Position numbers and translations under genes: made by a program
Part shown: in pieces, positions 9,124 to 17,800 of the stretch
How the letters are laid out: every line of letters starts with the position of its first letter
How positions within the stretch are numbered: the stretch's first letter is position 1
The notes under the pieces: model-generated
Seen by the model: the letters and a program-made list of their open reading frames with translations, nothing else
What the model was told of the DNA's origin: nothing
Database searches by the model: none
NCBI GenBank assembly: GCA_046599115.1
Contig: JBKJHG010000142.1
Location: forward strand, 7,853 to 71,852
DNA length: 64,000 nt
Direction of reading: 5' to 3'
Source: Gemmatimonadaceae bacterium
GTDB taxonomy: Bacteria > Gemmatimonadota > Gemmatimonadetes > Gemmatimonadales > Gemmatimonadaceae

Positions 9124-10728
9124 ATGTCTCGCAAGCGCACCCTCTTCGCCGTAATCCTTGTCCCGCTGCTCGTCGGCGGGTTTGTCGTTCAACAGCGCGC
9201 CACTCGCGACAGCGCACGCCTGCTCGATCAGGTCCTTGGAATCGTCGCCAATCGCTATGTCGACTCGCTCGGCGAAGCGGCGCTCTACGAAAAGGCCGCG
9301 CGCGGTCTCGTCCACGAGCTGAACGATCCGTACAGCGTGCTGCTCTCGCCGAAGGAGCTCTCCAGTTTCAACGCGCAGACGAACGGGCGCTACGCCGGCA
9401 TCGGAATGGAGATCGCCGAAATCGGAGGATTCATCGAGGTTCAGCGTGTCTTTCCGCACACTCCCGCGGAGCAGGCCGGCGTCCAGGAGGGCGACAGAAT
9501 CGTTGTCATCGATACTGCCACCACGCGCGGATGGACGACACAGCAGACTTCCGATGCCCTGAAAGGAACGCCTGGCAGTAAGGTCGCGGTGAAGTTCTCC
9601 CGCCCCGGCGTGACGGAATTGATTCCGGTCACCTTCACGCGCGCCGTCATCAAGATACCGGCGGTTGCGTTCGCGATAATGCTCGACGGGAAAATCGGTT
9701 ACATCCCGCTTCTGCAGTTCAACGAGACTGCCACCGACGAGCTCCAGGCCTCCGTTGACCGTCTCACCAAGGAAGGCGCGAAAAGCATCATCCTGGATCT
9801 CCGCGGAAACCCCGGCGGAATTCTCGATCAAGCGCTGGCGACGAGCAATCTCTTTCTGAAGAAGGGACAGGAGCTCTCCAGTATCCGCGCCCGGAACGGC
9901 GAGACGCAGTCATACGCCGCGACGGAAGACCCGATTGCTCCCACACTCCCGCTCATCGTTCTCACCGACGGCCGCAGCGCCTCCGCGTCCGAAATCGTCG
10001 CCGGCGCGCTGCAGGACCACGATCGTGCGCTGGTGATGGGCACGACTTCATTTGGAAAGGGCCTCGTTCAGTCTGTCTTCCCGCTCGATGGCGGGTATGC
10101 TCTGAAGATGACGACAGCCAAGTGGTACACGCCGAGCGGACGCTCCATTCAGAAAGCGCGGAAGCTTCTCGCCAACGGCGACTTTGTTGAAGTGATGCCG
10201 GACTCTCTCGAAACCGATTCCGCGAGAAGGGCGCGCCCTGCATTCAAGTCGGATCTCGGTCGTGTCGTTTACGGCGGCGGCGGAATAACACCGGACATTG
10301 TCGTCGCCGCCGACACACTGACGACTCCGGAACAGAAATTGTTCAACGCGTTCGCGCCGAAAACTGTCATAGTGCGAACCGTTCTTCTCAACTATTCGCT
10401 GGAGCTGAAGAAGACAGTCAAACCCGACTTCGTCGTTCCCGCGGCGTGGCGCCAAGAGTTCTATCGCCGCCTACAGGCGCAGGGAGTTGTCATCGACCGC
10501 GCGCTGTATGAGCAAGCGGGCGGAGAAGTTGACCGGCTCATCGGCAACAGCGTTGCCCGTCTCGCATTCGGCGACTCGACAGCGAAGCGGCGCGCAATTC
10601 CCGACGACGTCCAGCTTGAGCGCGCCATCGCGGCCGCGCGGCAGAGTTCATCGCAGCGCGACTTGCTCGCGCTCGCTCAGAAAGCGCCGATCTCTCTTAA
10701 GTCTCAGCCCGCTACGGCGAAGCGTTAA
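9124..10728 (+). CDS. ctpA: S41 family carboxy-terminal processing protease with PDZ domain
   Basis: LNDPYS, GIGME, LDLRGNPGG, SASASEIVAGALQD, SFGKG, YTPSGRSIQ. Confidence 0.93.
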   Translation: MSRKRTLFAVILVPLLVGGFVVQQRATRDSARLLDQVLGIVANRYVDSLGEAALYEKAARGLVHELNDPYSVLLSPKELSSFNAQTNGRYAGIGMEIAEIGGFIEVQRVFPHTPAEQAGVQEGDRIVVIDTATTRGWTTQQTSDALKGTPGSKVAVKFSRPGVTELIPVTFTRAVIKIPAVAFAIMLDGKIGYIPLLQFNETATDELQASVDRLTKEGAKSIILDLRGNPGGILDQALATSNLFLKKGQELSSIRARNGETQSYAATEDPIAPTLPLIVLTDGRSASASEIVAGALQDHDRALVMGTTSFGKGLVQSVFPLDGGYALKMTTAKWYTPSGRSIQKARKLLANGDFVEVMPDSLETDSARRARPAFKSDLGRVVYGGGGITPDIVVAADTLTTPEQKLFNAFAPKTVIVRTVLLNYSLELKKTVKPDFVVPAAWRQEFYRRLQAQGVVIDRALYEQAGGEVDRLIGNSVARLAFGDSTAKRRAIPDDVQLERAIAAARQSSSQRDLLALAQKAPISLKSQPATAKR

Positions 10729-10746
10729 TCCCCCTCCGCATCACCG

Positions 10747-10781
10747 CCTCGGCGACACTTCGGTGTCGCCGAGGTTTTTTT
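10747..10781 (+). terminator. rho-independent terminator
   Basis: CCTCGGCGACAC-TTCG-GTGTCGCCGAGG (12-bp stem) followed by T7. Confidence 0.92.
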
Positions 10782-10841
10782 CATTCTACGTAGAACCGGT
10801 CAAGGCTTGATTTGGCAGGCCTTCGCTTCAAAGATTGAGGG

Positions 10842-11831
10842 ATGACGCTCCTTCACATTCCCGATCTGTCCGCGGGCGATCGGGTACAGGCCGACTTTCT
10901 CGTCACCGAGCGAAGCGAGAAGAAGACAAAAGCAGGTGATGCCTTCGTCACGCTTACTCTTGGGAATGCGTCGGGCTCCATCGAAACCGCTCCGATCTGG
11001 TCGAACAATCTCACGTGGGCTGACGGCGCCGAGCGTGGGTCGGTGGTGGGCGTCGTCGGACAAGTCACGTTTTATGGATCCGGCGCCAACGCCAAGCGGC
11101 AGCTCAACGTCTCGGCGCCACTGCGCGTGGTCGCAAGCTCTCTCGTTGACGTGAATGCGTTCCTTCCCACCGTCGGAGACTGCACTCGGCTCTGGGCTCA
11201 CGTGGATCGAATGCGCGCCGAGATGAGCTCCGCGACTCTCCGCCGCATCGTGGATCTTTTTTACGCCGACGATCAGTTCAGGGTGCGGCTCGAGCGGACT
11301 CCAGGATCGGTGGCCGGGCACCACGCCAAGCTTGGCGGGCTCCTCCAGCACATCGTCGAGGTTGCGACAATCGCGCGAGCGACGGCAAAAACCTGCCGCG
11401 CCAACATCGACCTGGTGACGTCCGGAGTCTTGCTCCACGACATCGGGAAGATCGAATCGTACTCCGTTTCGGCCGGCGGGTTCAGCTACACGCCTTGCGG
11501 ACACTTGATCGGCCACGTTGTCCTTGGATGCATGATGCTAGACCGTGCGATTTCTGCCGCCGACTCCCGCTCGTGCTCGGACCAGCAGTTGATGGACCTG
11601 CAGCACGTCATCCTGTCGCATCACGGCTCACTCGAGTTCGGCAGCCCCGTCCAGCCGATGACGCTAGAAGCGGAAATCGTACACTGGGCCGATGAAGCAT
11701 CCGCAAAATCGAACGACATGCTCGAGTCGCTCGAGGACCGGGACTCATTCAATGCAGATGACGAGATTTCATCGCGCCGTCCCTGGCGCGTAGGGCGACG
11801 GATTTGGCGCCGACCTCACGGTTGGGAGTGA
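10842..11831 (+). CDS. yhaM: YhaM/Cbf1-like OB-fold + HD 3'-5' exonuclease
   Basis: N-terminal OB fold (KTKAGDAFVTLTLGNASGSI), HHAKLGGLLQH, LLHDIGK, GHLIGH, ILSHHGSLEFGSP, EA..VHWAD. Confidence 0.85.
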   Translation: MTLLHIPDLSAGDRVQADFLVTERSEKKTKAGDAFVTLTLGNASGSIETAPIWSNNLTWADGAERGSVVGVVGQVTFYGSGANAKRQLNVSAPLRVVASSLVDVNAFLPTVGDCTRLWAHVDRMRAEMSSATLRRIVDLFYADDQFRVRLERTPGSVAGHHAKLGGLLQHIVEVATIARATAKTCRANIDLVTSGVLLHDIGKIESYSVSAGGFSYTPCGHLIGHVVLGCMMLDRAISAADSRSCSDQQLMDLQHVILSHHGSLEFGSPVQPMTLEAEIVHWADEASAKSNDMLESLEDRDSFNADDEISSRRPWRVGRRIWRRPHGWE

Positions 11832-12553
11832 GCCCCGGCCGTCGGCGGCCACTGCTTCTTGTTCGAGTATTTCGATCCGAAAACCGCGTGCAGTATTTCC
11901 CGCGGGTCGGCGGTGCGTGCCACCGCGTCGATGTGCTCGCCGAGCAAGAGAACACGGGAGAAATCGCGATAGCGTGAGTAGCTGTGGCAAAAGCACAGCG
12001 GCCCCTTTCGGAAAATGTCTCCCAGCAGGATGTCGGGCAGGCCGATGATGGTGAGCGCATAGAAATCATTCAGCGACGCCGTCTTGGGAAGGTCGCTCTC
12101 CACGATTCCACGCGGCAGTGAGCCGTGCTTGCCCCACTGGATGTCCACCGCCACCTGCGACTTGCTCCACGGTGTGTGCAGAATCCGCCCGTGCCAGTAC
12201 GTCCATAAATCGGTCGGCGCATTTGTGGAGTCATACCCCACCCAAAGCACCTCTTCGTCGGTGGGGACCGTGAAAGGGATCCAAGCCCCGTGAACATCGT
12301 CCCGCCACAGGAGATGGTACGCGATAACCCGCCGTTCCGGATGGACAACGGCAACCACCCGCTCGAGCGGGAACGTTTCATCACGCTGTATGTATAAGAC
12401 CGGTGCCAGCCGCCGTGCCAGAACCGATGCACTGTCGTTGGCGGCCAGCGCTGAAGGCGGCGCGACCGGTCGTAGCGGAATGTGGGCGTGCGGTCCGCAG
12501 GCTATCACGCAGAGTGAAAACAGCCCCAACCGCATTCGTTTGAGATTCTGCAT
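11816..12553 (-). CDS. hypothetical lipoprotein
   Basis: Signal peptide with VIAC lipobox-like end; Trp/His-rich globular domain. Confidence 0.65.
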   Translation of the reverse strand: MQNLKRMRLGLFSLCVIACGPHAHIPLRPVAPPSALAANDSASVLARRLAPVLYIQRDETFPLERVVAVVHPERRVIAYHLLWRDDVHGAWIPFTVPTDEEVLWVGYDSTNAPTDLWTYWHGRILHTPWSKSQVAVDIQWGKHGSLPRGIVESDLPKTASLNDFYALTIIGLPDILLGDIFRKGPLCFCHSYSRYRDFSRVLLLGEHIDAVARTADPREILHAVFGSKYSNKKQWPPTAGAHSQP

Positions 12554-12637
12554 TTCGCTTTACTAGGCTCGAGATGTCGCAGACAAACAATTCCAGCGTT
12601 TACACCGCTCGGTTCGTAATGAAGTCAGGGAGAGAGA

Positions 12638-12847
12638 ATGCGTAAGCCGCGTCCGAATACTTACAACCCCGCCCAGGCCCTGTTTCTTATCAGCAGCGAT
12701 CGTCACGGGACTCCGCTCAGCTGCCCGTCCTGCGCGGGAAATATCGAGCGAGACCCGGATCAGGCACCTCCGCCACCTGCATCTCACGTGACTCTCCGCT
12801 GCAAGAGCTGCGGACGCATCGCCCGTTACGTCGCTGGCGCCGCATAG
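12638..12847 (+). CDS. small zinc-ribbon protein
   Basis: CPSC...CKSC pairs; purine-rich RBS GGGGAGAG upstream. Confidence 0.6.
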   Translation: MRKPRPNTYNPAQALFLISSDRHGTPLSCPSCAGNIERDPDQAPPPPASHVTLRCKSCGRIARYVAGAA

Positions 12848-12972
12848 CGGATTGCACAAAACCTGCCCCAAACGCGGCGCCCCAGTACGCGAAATCACAT
12901 ATATGTGCGGCTCCGGGCTCGGCATCTGATTTGCCCTTCTAATGCCTTAAACGCCTGGCAAACGGAGGGTTG

Positions 12973-13830
12973 ATGGCTTCCATCTGGAAAGGGTCGATTA
13001 CATTCGGGCTCGTAAACATTCCCGTAGAGCTCAAGACGGCGGTGAGAGCCGACCATATCAGCTTCCGGATGCTCCACGAGGAAGACCTCTCTCCGATCAA
13101 ATATGAGCGGGTCTGCCAGGCAGACGGCGATCCTGTGCCCTGGAGCGAGATCGTAAAGGGCTACGAATACGAGAAGGGAAAGTTCGTCGTGATGACCGAC
13201 GAGGACTTCCAGACTGCCGCGCTCGAACAGTCCAAGACAATCGACATTCTCGATTTTGTGAAGCAGGACGAGATCGATCCCAGATACTTCGAGACTCCGT
13301 ATTACCTCGTTCCTGCCAAGGGCGGCGAAAAGTCGTATGCCCTTCTTCGCGAAGCAATCAGAAAGAGCGAGTCTGTCGGGATCGGCAAGGTCATCATCCG
13401 TCAGACGCAGCACCTCGCCGCCGTGAAGGTCATCGGAGACGCCCTCGTTCTCGAGATTATGCGCTTCGCAAACGAGCTCGTTGACGCCGATGAATACAAT
13501 TTCCCCGGCCGCGACACCGTTCGTCCGCAGGAGCTGCAGATGGCGCAGCAGCTAATCGACAATCTTGCCGAGCCGTTTGATCCGAGTCGTTACACCGACG
13601 ATTATCGCGCCAACTTGATGAAGGTCATCAAGGCGAAGATGAAGGGAAAGAAGCCACAGCTCGAGGCGCCGGAAGAAACGCGCGACAGCGGAGTGATCGA
13701 TTTGATGTCTCGGCTTCGCGCCAGTCTCGAGGAAGGGAGCGGAAAGAAGGGGGCCGTGCGCGCGAAAAAGAAAACGGTCGCCGCGTCCCGAAAGCCGGCT
13801 GCCCGCGGAAAGAAACGAAAGAGCGCCTAG
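12973..13830 (+). CDS. ku: non-homologous end-joining protein Ku
   Basis: SIWKGSITFGLVNIPV, IVKGYEY, YFETPYYL, basic C-terminal tail; GGAGG RBS. Confidence 0.96.
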   Translation: MASIWKGSITFGLVNIPVELKTAVRADHISFRMLHEEDLSPIKYERVCQADGDPVPWSEIVKGYEYEKGKFVVMTDEDFQTAALEQSKTIDILDFVKQDEIDPRYFETPYYLVPAKGGEKSYALLREAIRKSESVGIGKVIIRQTQHLAAVKVIGDALVLEIMRFANELVDADEYNFPGRDTVRPQELQMAQQLIDNLAEPFDPSRYTDDYRANLMKVIKAKMKGKKPQLEAPEETRDSGVIDLMSRLRASLEEGSGKKGAVRAKKKTVAASRKPAARGKKRKSA

Positions 13831-13838
13831 TCATTTGA

Positions 13839-16586
13839 ATGCCCGGCGCCAAGAGCGGGACCGCGCGCAAGCTTCTCACTGAATACAAACGTAAGCGCGA
13901 TTTCAAAAGAACTCGCGAGCCGTCCGGCGATAATGTGGCCGGCCACCGGAAGGGCGCTCTTCGTTTTGTAATCCAGAAGCACGCTGCCAGTCATCTTCAT
14001 TTCGACCTCCGCCTCGAGCTCGATGGCGTGATGAAGAGCTGGGCCGTTCCGAAAGGGCCGAGTCTCGATCCGAAGTTGAAGCGGCTGGCGATGCAGGTGG
14101 AAGATCACCCGATCGACTACAACACCTTCGAAGGCACCATCCCCCAAGGCGAATACGGGGGCGGCACCGTGATGCTATGGGACAAAGGCACTTACTCTCC
14201 CGACAAAGCCCTGCCTGGCGAGGACGCCGAGATGGCCGTGCGCGAAAGCCTCCGCAAAGGCGATCTGAAAATCGGCTTCGATGGCGAGCGGCTGCACGGA
14301 TCCTTCGCGCTGGTGCGAATGAAATTCGGTGGCCGCGCGTCGGAAAAACCACAGTGGCTCCTTATCAAGCACCGGGATGATTATGCCGCGGAATCCGATG
14401 TCGTCGCTGACAATCCGACTTCGGTGACGACCGGTCGCACGATGGAAGAAATCGCCGCAGGCCGGAGCAGCGTCTGGCGTAGCAACCGCGCAGTAAAGAA
14501 ACCCACGGCGGTCGCGAGCCGGCGTGCCGCGTCGAAAAAACCCGTCGTGCCGCAAAAGAATTCCAAATCATCCCCCGCGCCGCTCAAGTCGCTAGAGCCG
14601 ATGTACGCCAGTGTCGGTACCGACATCCCGGCCGGCGAATGGACGTTCGAACCCAAGTACGATGGCATTCGCATCCTTGCGTTCACGACTGCGGACGAAG
14701 TCCGGCTCATCACGCGGAACGGAAAGGATAAAGCCGCGCAATTTCCCGAGATCGTGGAAGCTCTGCGAAAGGTCGCGCGCCGAGCCCGCAGATCATTCGT
14801 GCTCGACGGCGAGGTAGTCGCGCTCGTCGATGGCAAACCGGCGCGCTTTCAGGAGCTTCAGGGCAGAATGCACGTCAAGGAAACGAGCGTTATAGAAAAG
14901 CATTCGAGTTCGACGCCGGCGTCGCTCGTATTGTTCGACATTCTGATGGACGGCGACGATGTGCTGATCCGCGAGCCGTGGACATCGCGCCGCGAATCCC
15001 TCGTTAAACGCATCGGAAAGCTGGTCGGCGATCGTGTGCGCATCACCGACTCCTCTCCTCAGCGGGGTGCCGAAACGCTTGCCAAGGCACACATTGAAGG
15101 GTGGGAAGGCGTCATCGCAAAGAAAATGGATGCTCGGTACGAGCCGGGGAAACGATCAAAATCGTGGCTCAAGCTCAAGATCGAATTTCGGCAGGAGTTC
15201 GTCGTCGGCGGCTTCACCGAGCCGCGCAACAGCCGCGAGCACATCGGCGCTCTCTTGCTCGGATACTACGAGGGTGATCGTTTCATCTACGTCGGACATA
15301 CCGGTAGCGGCTTCACTCGAGCCGGCCTCGCCGAAATGTACAAAACGCTTCATACCCTCGAGCAGAAATCATCTCCGTTCAGCGAGACGCCGCGCACCAA
15401 TGAGCGCGCCCACTGGGTGCGGCCCAAAATTGTCGTCGAAGTAAAGTTCTCCGAATGGACCGCCGACAGGCGCCTACGCCAGCCGATCTATCTGGGAGTC
15501 AGAGATGACAAGAAAGCGCGAGACGTTCGAAGAGAGGGTACCAGTGTGCAGAGAAAAACCGTGAGTAAACCCGCCGCGAAAAAGCGCGCCGCCGCGAGTC
15601 CGATCAAGAAGACGGCTGCCAGGAAAACCGCGGGCACAAATAAGGGCGGCATCTTTGCACAACTGGAGGAGATAGAGTCGTCCGGCGGAGGCGGCACGCT
15701 CGATTTCAGAAAGAGTGGAAAGCTCAAGGTATCCAATCTTTCGAAGATCTATTTCCCCAAGGAGCGAATCAGTAAAGGCGATCTGATGCGTTACTACGCG
15801 GAGATCGCCGACTTTATTCTCCCGACGATCGCCGACAGACCTCTCGTCCTGAAGCGATTCCCCGGCGGAATCGCAGGGCAGTCGTTCTATCAGCAGAGCG
15901 CCGGCGACAACGTCCCTCGCGGCGTCCGCGTTCAGACGATCGTAAATGAGGAAGGAGAGAAGCAGCGGCGCTTCGTCGGCGGCGACCTTCTTACCCTTCT
16001 CTACACGATACAGCTGGGCGCCATTTCGGTTGATCCGTGGCACTCGCGCATCGGAGCACTCGACTTTGCCAACTACACCATCGTAGATCTCGACCCCGGG
16101 CCGCGCGCGAATTTCGCCCGCGTCGTGCAGGTTGCGCGGTGGTGCAAGGAGGTCATCGACGAGTATGGGCTAAACGCGGCGATCAAGACTTCAGGCTCGA
16201 CAGGGCTGCACATTTACATTCCGCTTCCACTGAAGACATCCACTGAAGCGGCAACGCTGGTTGCGCAATTCATTGCATCGAAGGTGGCGGAGGAGCATCC
16301 GCGTGAAGCGACGATCGAGCGGATGGTCAAAGCCCGGGGCACTGCGATGGTCTACGTTGATTTCCTTCAGAACATCAAGGGAAAAACGATCGCGGGGGCG
16401 TACTGCGTCCGCGCGAGGCCCGGGGCACCCGTCTCCACTCCTTTAGTATGGAGCGAGCTCGACGACGATCTCGATCCGAGAGATTTCACGATCCGGAACG
16501 TGCCCGATCGGCTCCGTAAAATCGGAGACGTGTGGAGTCGCGAAATGAAAAGGAAGAACTCGCTCAAGCGACTGCTAAAGCGATAG
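13839..16586 (+). CDS. ligD: DNA ligase D (phosphoesterase - ATP-dependent ligase - polymerase)
   Basis: FVIQKHAASHLHFDLRLE (PE); EPKYDG, LDGEVV, EGVIAK, WLKLK (LIG); DLDPG, KTSGSTGLH (POL). Confidence 0.96.
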   Translation: MPGAKSGTARKLLTEYKRKRDFKRTREPSGDNVAGHRKGALRFVIQKHAASHLHFDLRLELDGVMKSWAVPKGPSLDPKLKRLAMQVEDHPIDYNTFEGTIPQGEYGGGTVMLWDKGTYSPDKALPGEDAEMAVRESLRKGDLKIGFDGERLHGSFALVRMKFGGRASEKPQWLLIKHRDDYAAESDVVADNPTSVTTGRTMEEIAAGRSSVWRSNRAVKKPTAVASRRAASKKPVVPQKNSKSSPAPLKSLEPMYASVGTDIPAGEWTFEPKYDGIRILAFTTADEVRLITRNGKDKAAQFPEIVEALRKVARRARRSFVLDGEVVALVDGKPARFQELQGRMHVKETSVIEKHSSSTPASLVLFDILMDGDDVLIREPWTSRRESLVKRIGKLVGDRVRITDSSPQRGAETLAKAHIEGWEGVIAKKMDARYEPGKRSKSWLKLKIEFRQEFVVGGFTEPRNSREHIGALLLGYYEGDRFIYVGHTGSGFTRAGLAEMYKTLHTLEQKSSPFSETPRTNERAHWVRPKIVVEVKFSEWTADRRLRQPIYLGVRDDKKARDVRREGTSVQRKTVSKPAAKKRAAASPIKKTAARKTAGTNKGGIFAQLEEIESSGGGGTLDFRKSGKLKVSNLSKIYFPKERISKGDLMRYYAEIADFILPTIADRPLVLKRFPGGIAGQSFYQQSAGDNVPRGVRVQTIVNEEGEKQRRFVGGDLLTLLYTIQLGAISVDPWHSRIGALDFANYTIVDLDPGPRANFARVVQVARWCKEVIDEYGLNAAIKTSGSTGLHIYIPLPLKTSTEAATLVAQFIASKVAEEHPREATIERMVKARGTAMVYVDFLQNIKGKTIAGAYCVRARPGAPVSTPLVWSELDDDLDPRDFTIRNVPDRLRKIGDVWSREMKRKNSLKRLLKR

Positions 16587-16588
16587 GC

Positions 16589-16891
16589 TCAGCGAGCGCC
16601 GACCTTCCGGAGCGGAAGCTCTATCTGTCCGTCGGGATCGCGCGCGCCGTCACCCTGATCCCCGAAAATCTGGTCGGCGGTCTCGTCAACCATATGCGTG
16701 AGCTTGTAATAGAAGTGCAGGGCGTGGATCGGGGCCATAAAGCCGCGCGTGCCGGCGCGAGAGATCGCGACGGCCTCCTCGCGAACGCGCCGGGGAAGGT
16801 CGCGCGATGCCGGCAGCGCGAGCAGTCGCTGGATTTCCGCGCTGTCTCGGCCGAGTAATGCCGCGCACAAACTGTCCAGATACGCCAACAT
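16589..16891 (-). CDS. hypothetical protein
   Basis: 100-aa ORF filling the gap between ligD and the NrtR-like gene; helical composition. Confidence 0.6.
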   Translation of the reverse strand: MLAYLDSLCAALLGRDSAEIQRLLALPASRDLPRRVREEAVAISRAGTRGFMAPIHALHFYYKLTHMVDETADQIFGDQGDGARDPDGQIELPLRKVGAR

Positions 16892-16973
16892 GGCCTATAA
16901 AACTCTCGGCGACGGGAAGGCTACCTTATGTACACATTGCAACTAATACAGCTCCGACGCAATGCCGAATACC

Positions 16974-17654
16974 TCATACCCCGGTGCCACTCAAAAGGTC
17001 AAAACGAACACCACGAACTGTCTTTCGGCGGCGTTTCGGACCGAACCGGTAGAGCTGTGCGGGCCTCCCCCTCCCCTCGCTGCGCCATTCGTTTGTCGCT
17101 TCGACGAGACCCGCGGCTTCGAGCGCACGGCGGAAGCTGGCCTTGTGCAAGCGTTTACCTAATAGAAGCTCATACATCTGTTGAAGCTCTGTCAGCGTAA
17201 ACGTATCTGGGAGGAGCCGGAACGCAATCGGAGCCCGGTCAATGGCCGCCCTCAACGCCTGGATTGCCGCGTCTACCATAAGGCGGTGGCGAGGGTTGAG
17301 AAGAGGAAGGTCGCGAACGGGAAACCAGTGGAAGCCGCGCTCGAGCACGGCCGTCTCGTAAGGGACCGCTGCAACGAATGCGACCGACAATGGGGCCGGC
17401 GAAGGATGTCGGCGGCCATCGCCGAACGCGCCAAGCTGCTCGACCCACGCCGGCTTGGACCCAACAGCATTCGTCGCGAGCCTGCCCGAAACAGCATTGA
17501 GGGTCTCGGATCGCACCGGAAGGCCCCACGGCAACGCCCATCGGCTGCTGTCCCCCTTTCCCTTCTCGACGAGAACCGCAAGCTCACTGGTCAGCGCGGT
17601 AAGAACAACCAGATCAACGCTGAAGGCAGCTTTGTTTCCGCGGGGCACCGTCAT
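16974..17654 (-). CDS. nrtR: NrtR-like Nudix-related transcriptional regulator
   Basis: SVDLVV..., degenerate Nudix box, EQLGAFGD..RHP, FTLTELQQMYE.LLG..LHKASFRR, GRPAQLYRF wHTH. Confidence 0.85.
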   Translation of the reverse strand: MTVPRGNKAAFSVDLVVLTALTSELAVLVEKGKGDSSRWALPWGLPVRSETLNAVSGRLATNAVGSKPAWVEQLGAFGDGRRHPSPAPLSVAFVAAVPYETAVLERGFHWFPVRDLPLLNPRHRLMVDAAIQALRAAIDRAPIAFRLLPDTFTLTELQQMYELLLGKRLHKASFRRALEAAGLVEATNEWRSEGRGRPAQLYRFGPKRRRKTVRGVRFDLLSGTGV

Positions 17655-17662
17655 CCCGCGAA

Positions 17663-17683
17663 TTAGTCACTTTTTGTGACTAA
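17663..17683. promoter_or_regulatory. 21-bp palindromic operator upstream of nrtR-like gene
   Basis: TTAGTCAC-TTTTT-GTGACTAA, 8 nt from the start codon, adjoining a TTGACT -35-like hexamer on the minus strand. Confidence 0.7.
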
Positions 17684-17687
17684 AGTC

Positions 17688-17723
17688 AAGAGCCGCCGCG
17701 TCAAAGTAAACGCGGCGGCTCTT
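17688..17723 (-). terminator. stem-loop, probable terminator of the GH3 operon
   Basis: AAGAGCCGCCGCG / CGCGGCGGCTCTT 13-bp inverted repeat. Confidence 0.65.
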
Positions 17724-17800
17724 GGGTGTGATATAGGACGGATCGTTCAGCGCGTCAATCGAGTTTTTCAGGAAAGCCGCCAAGACTTTCGGTTACTCCC

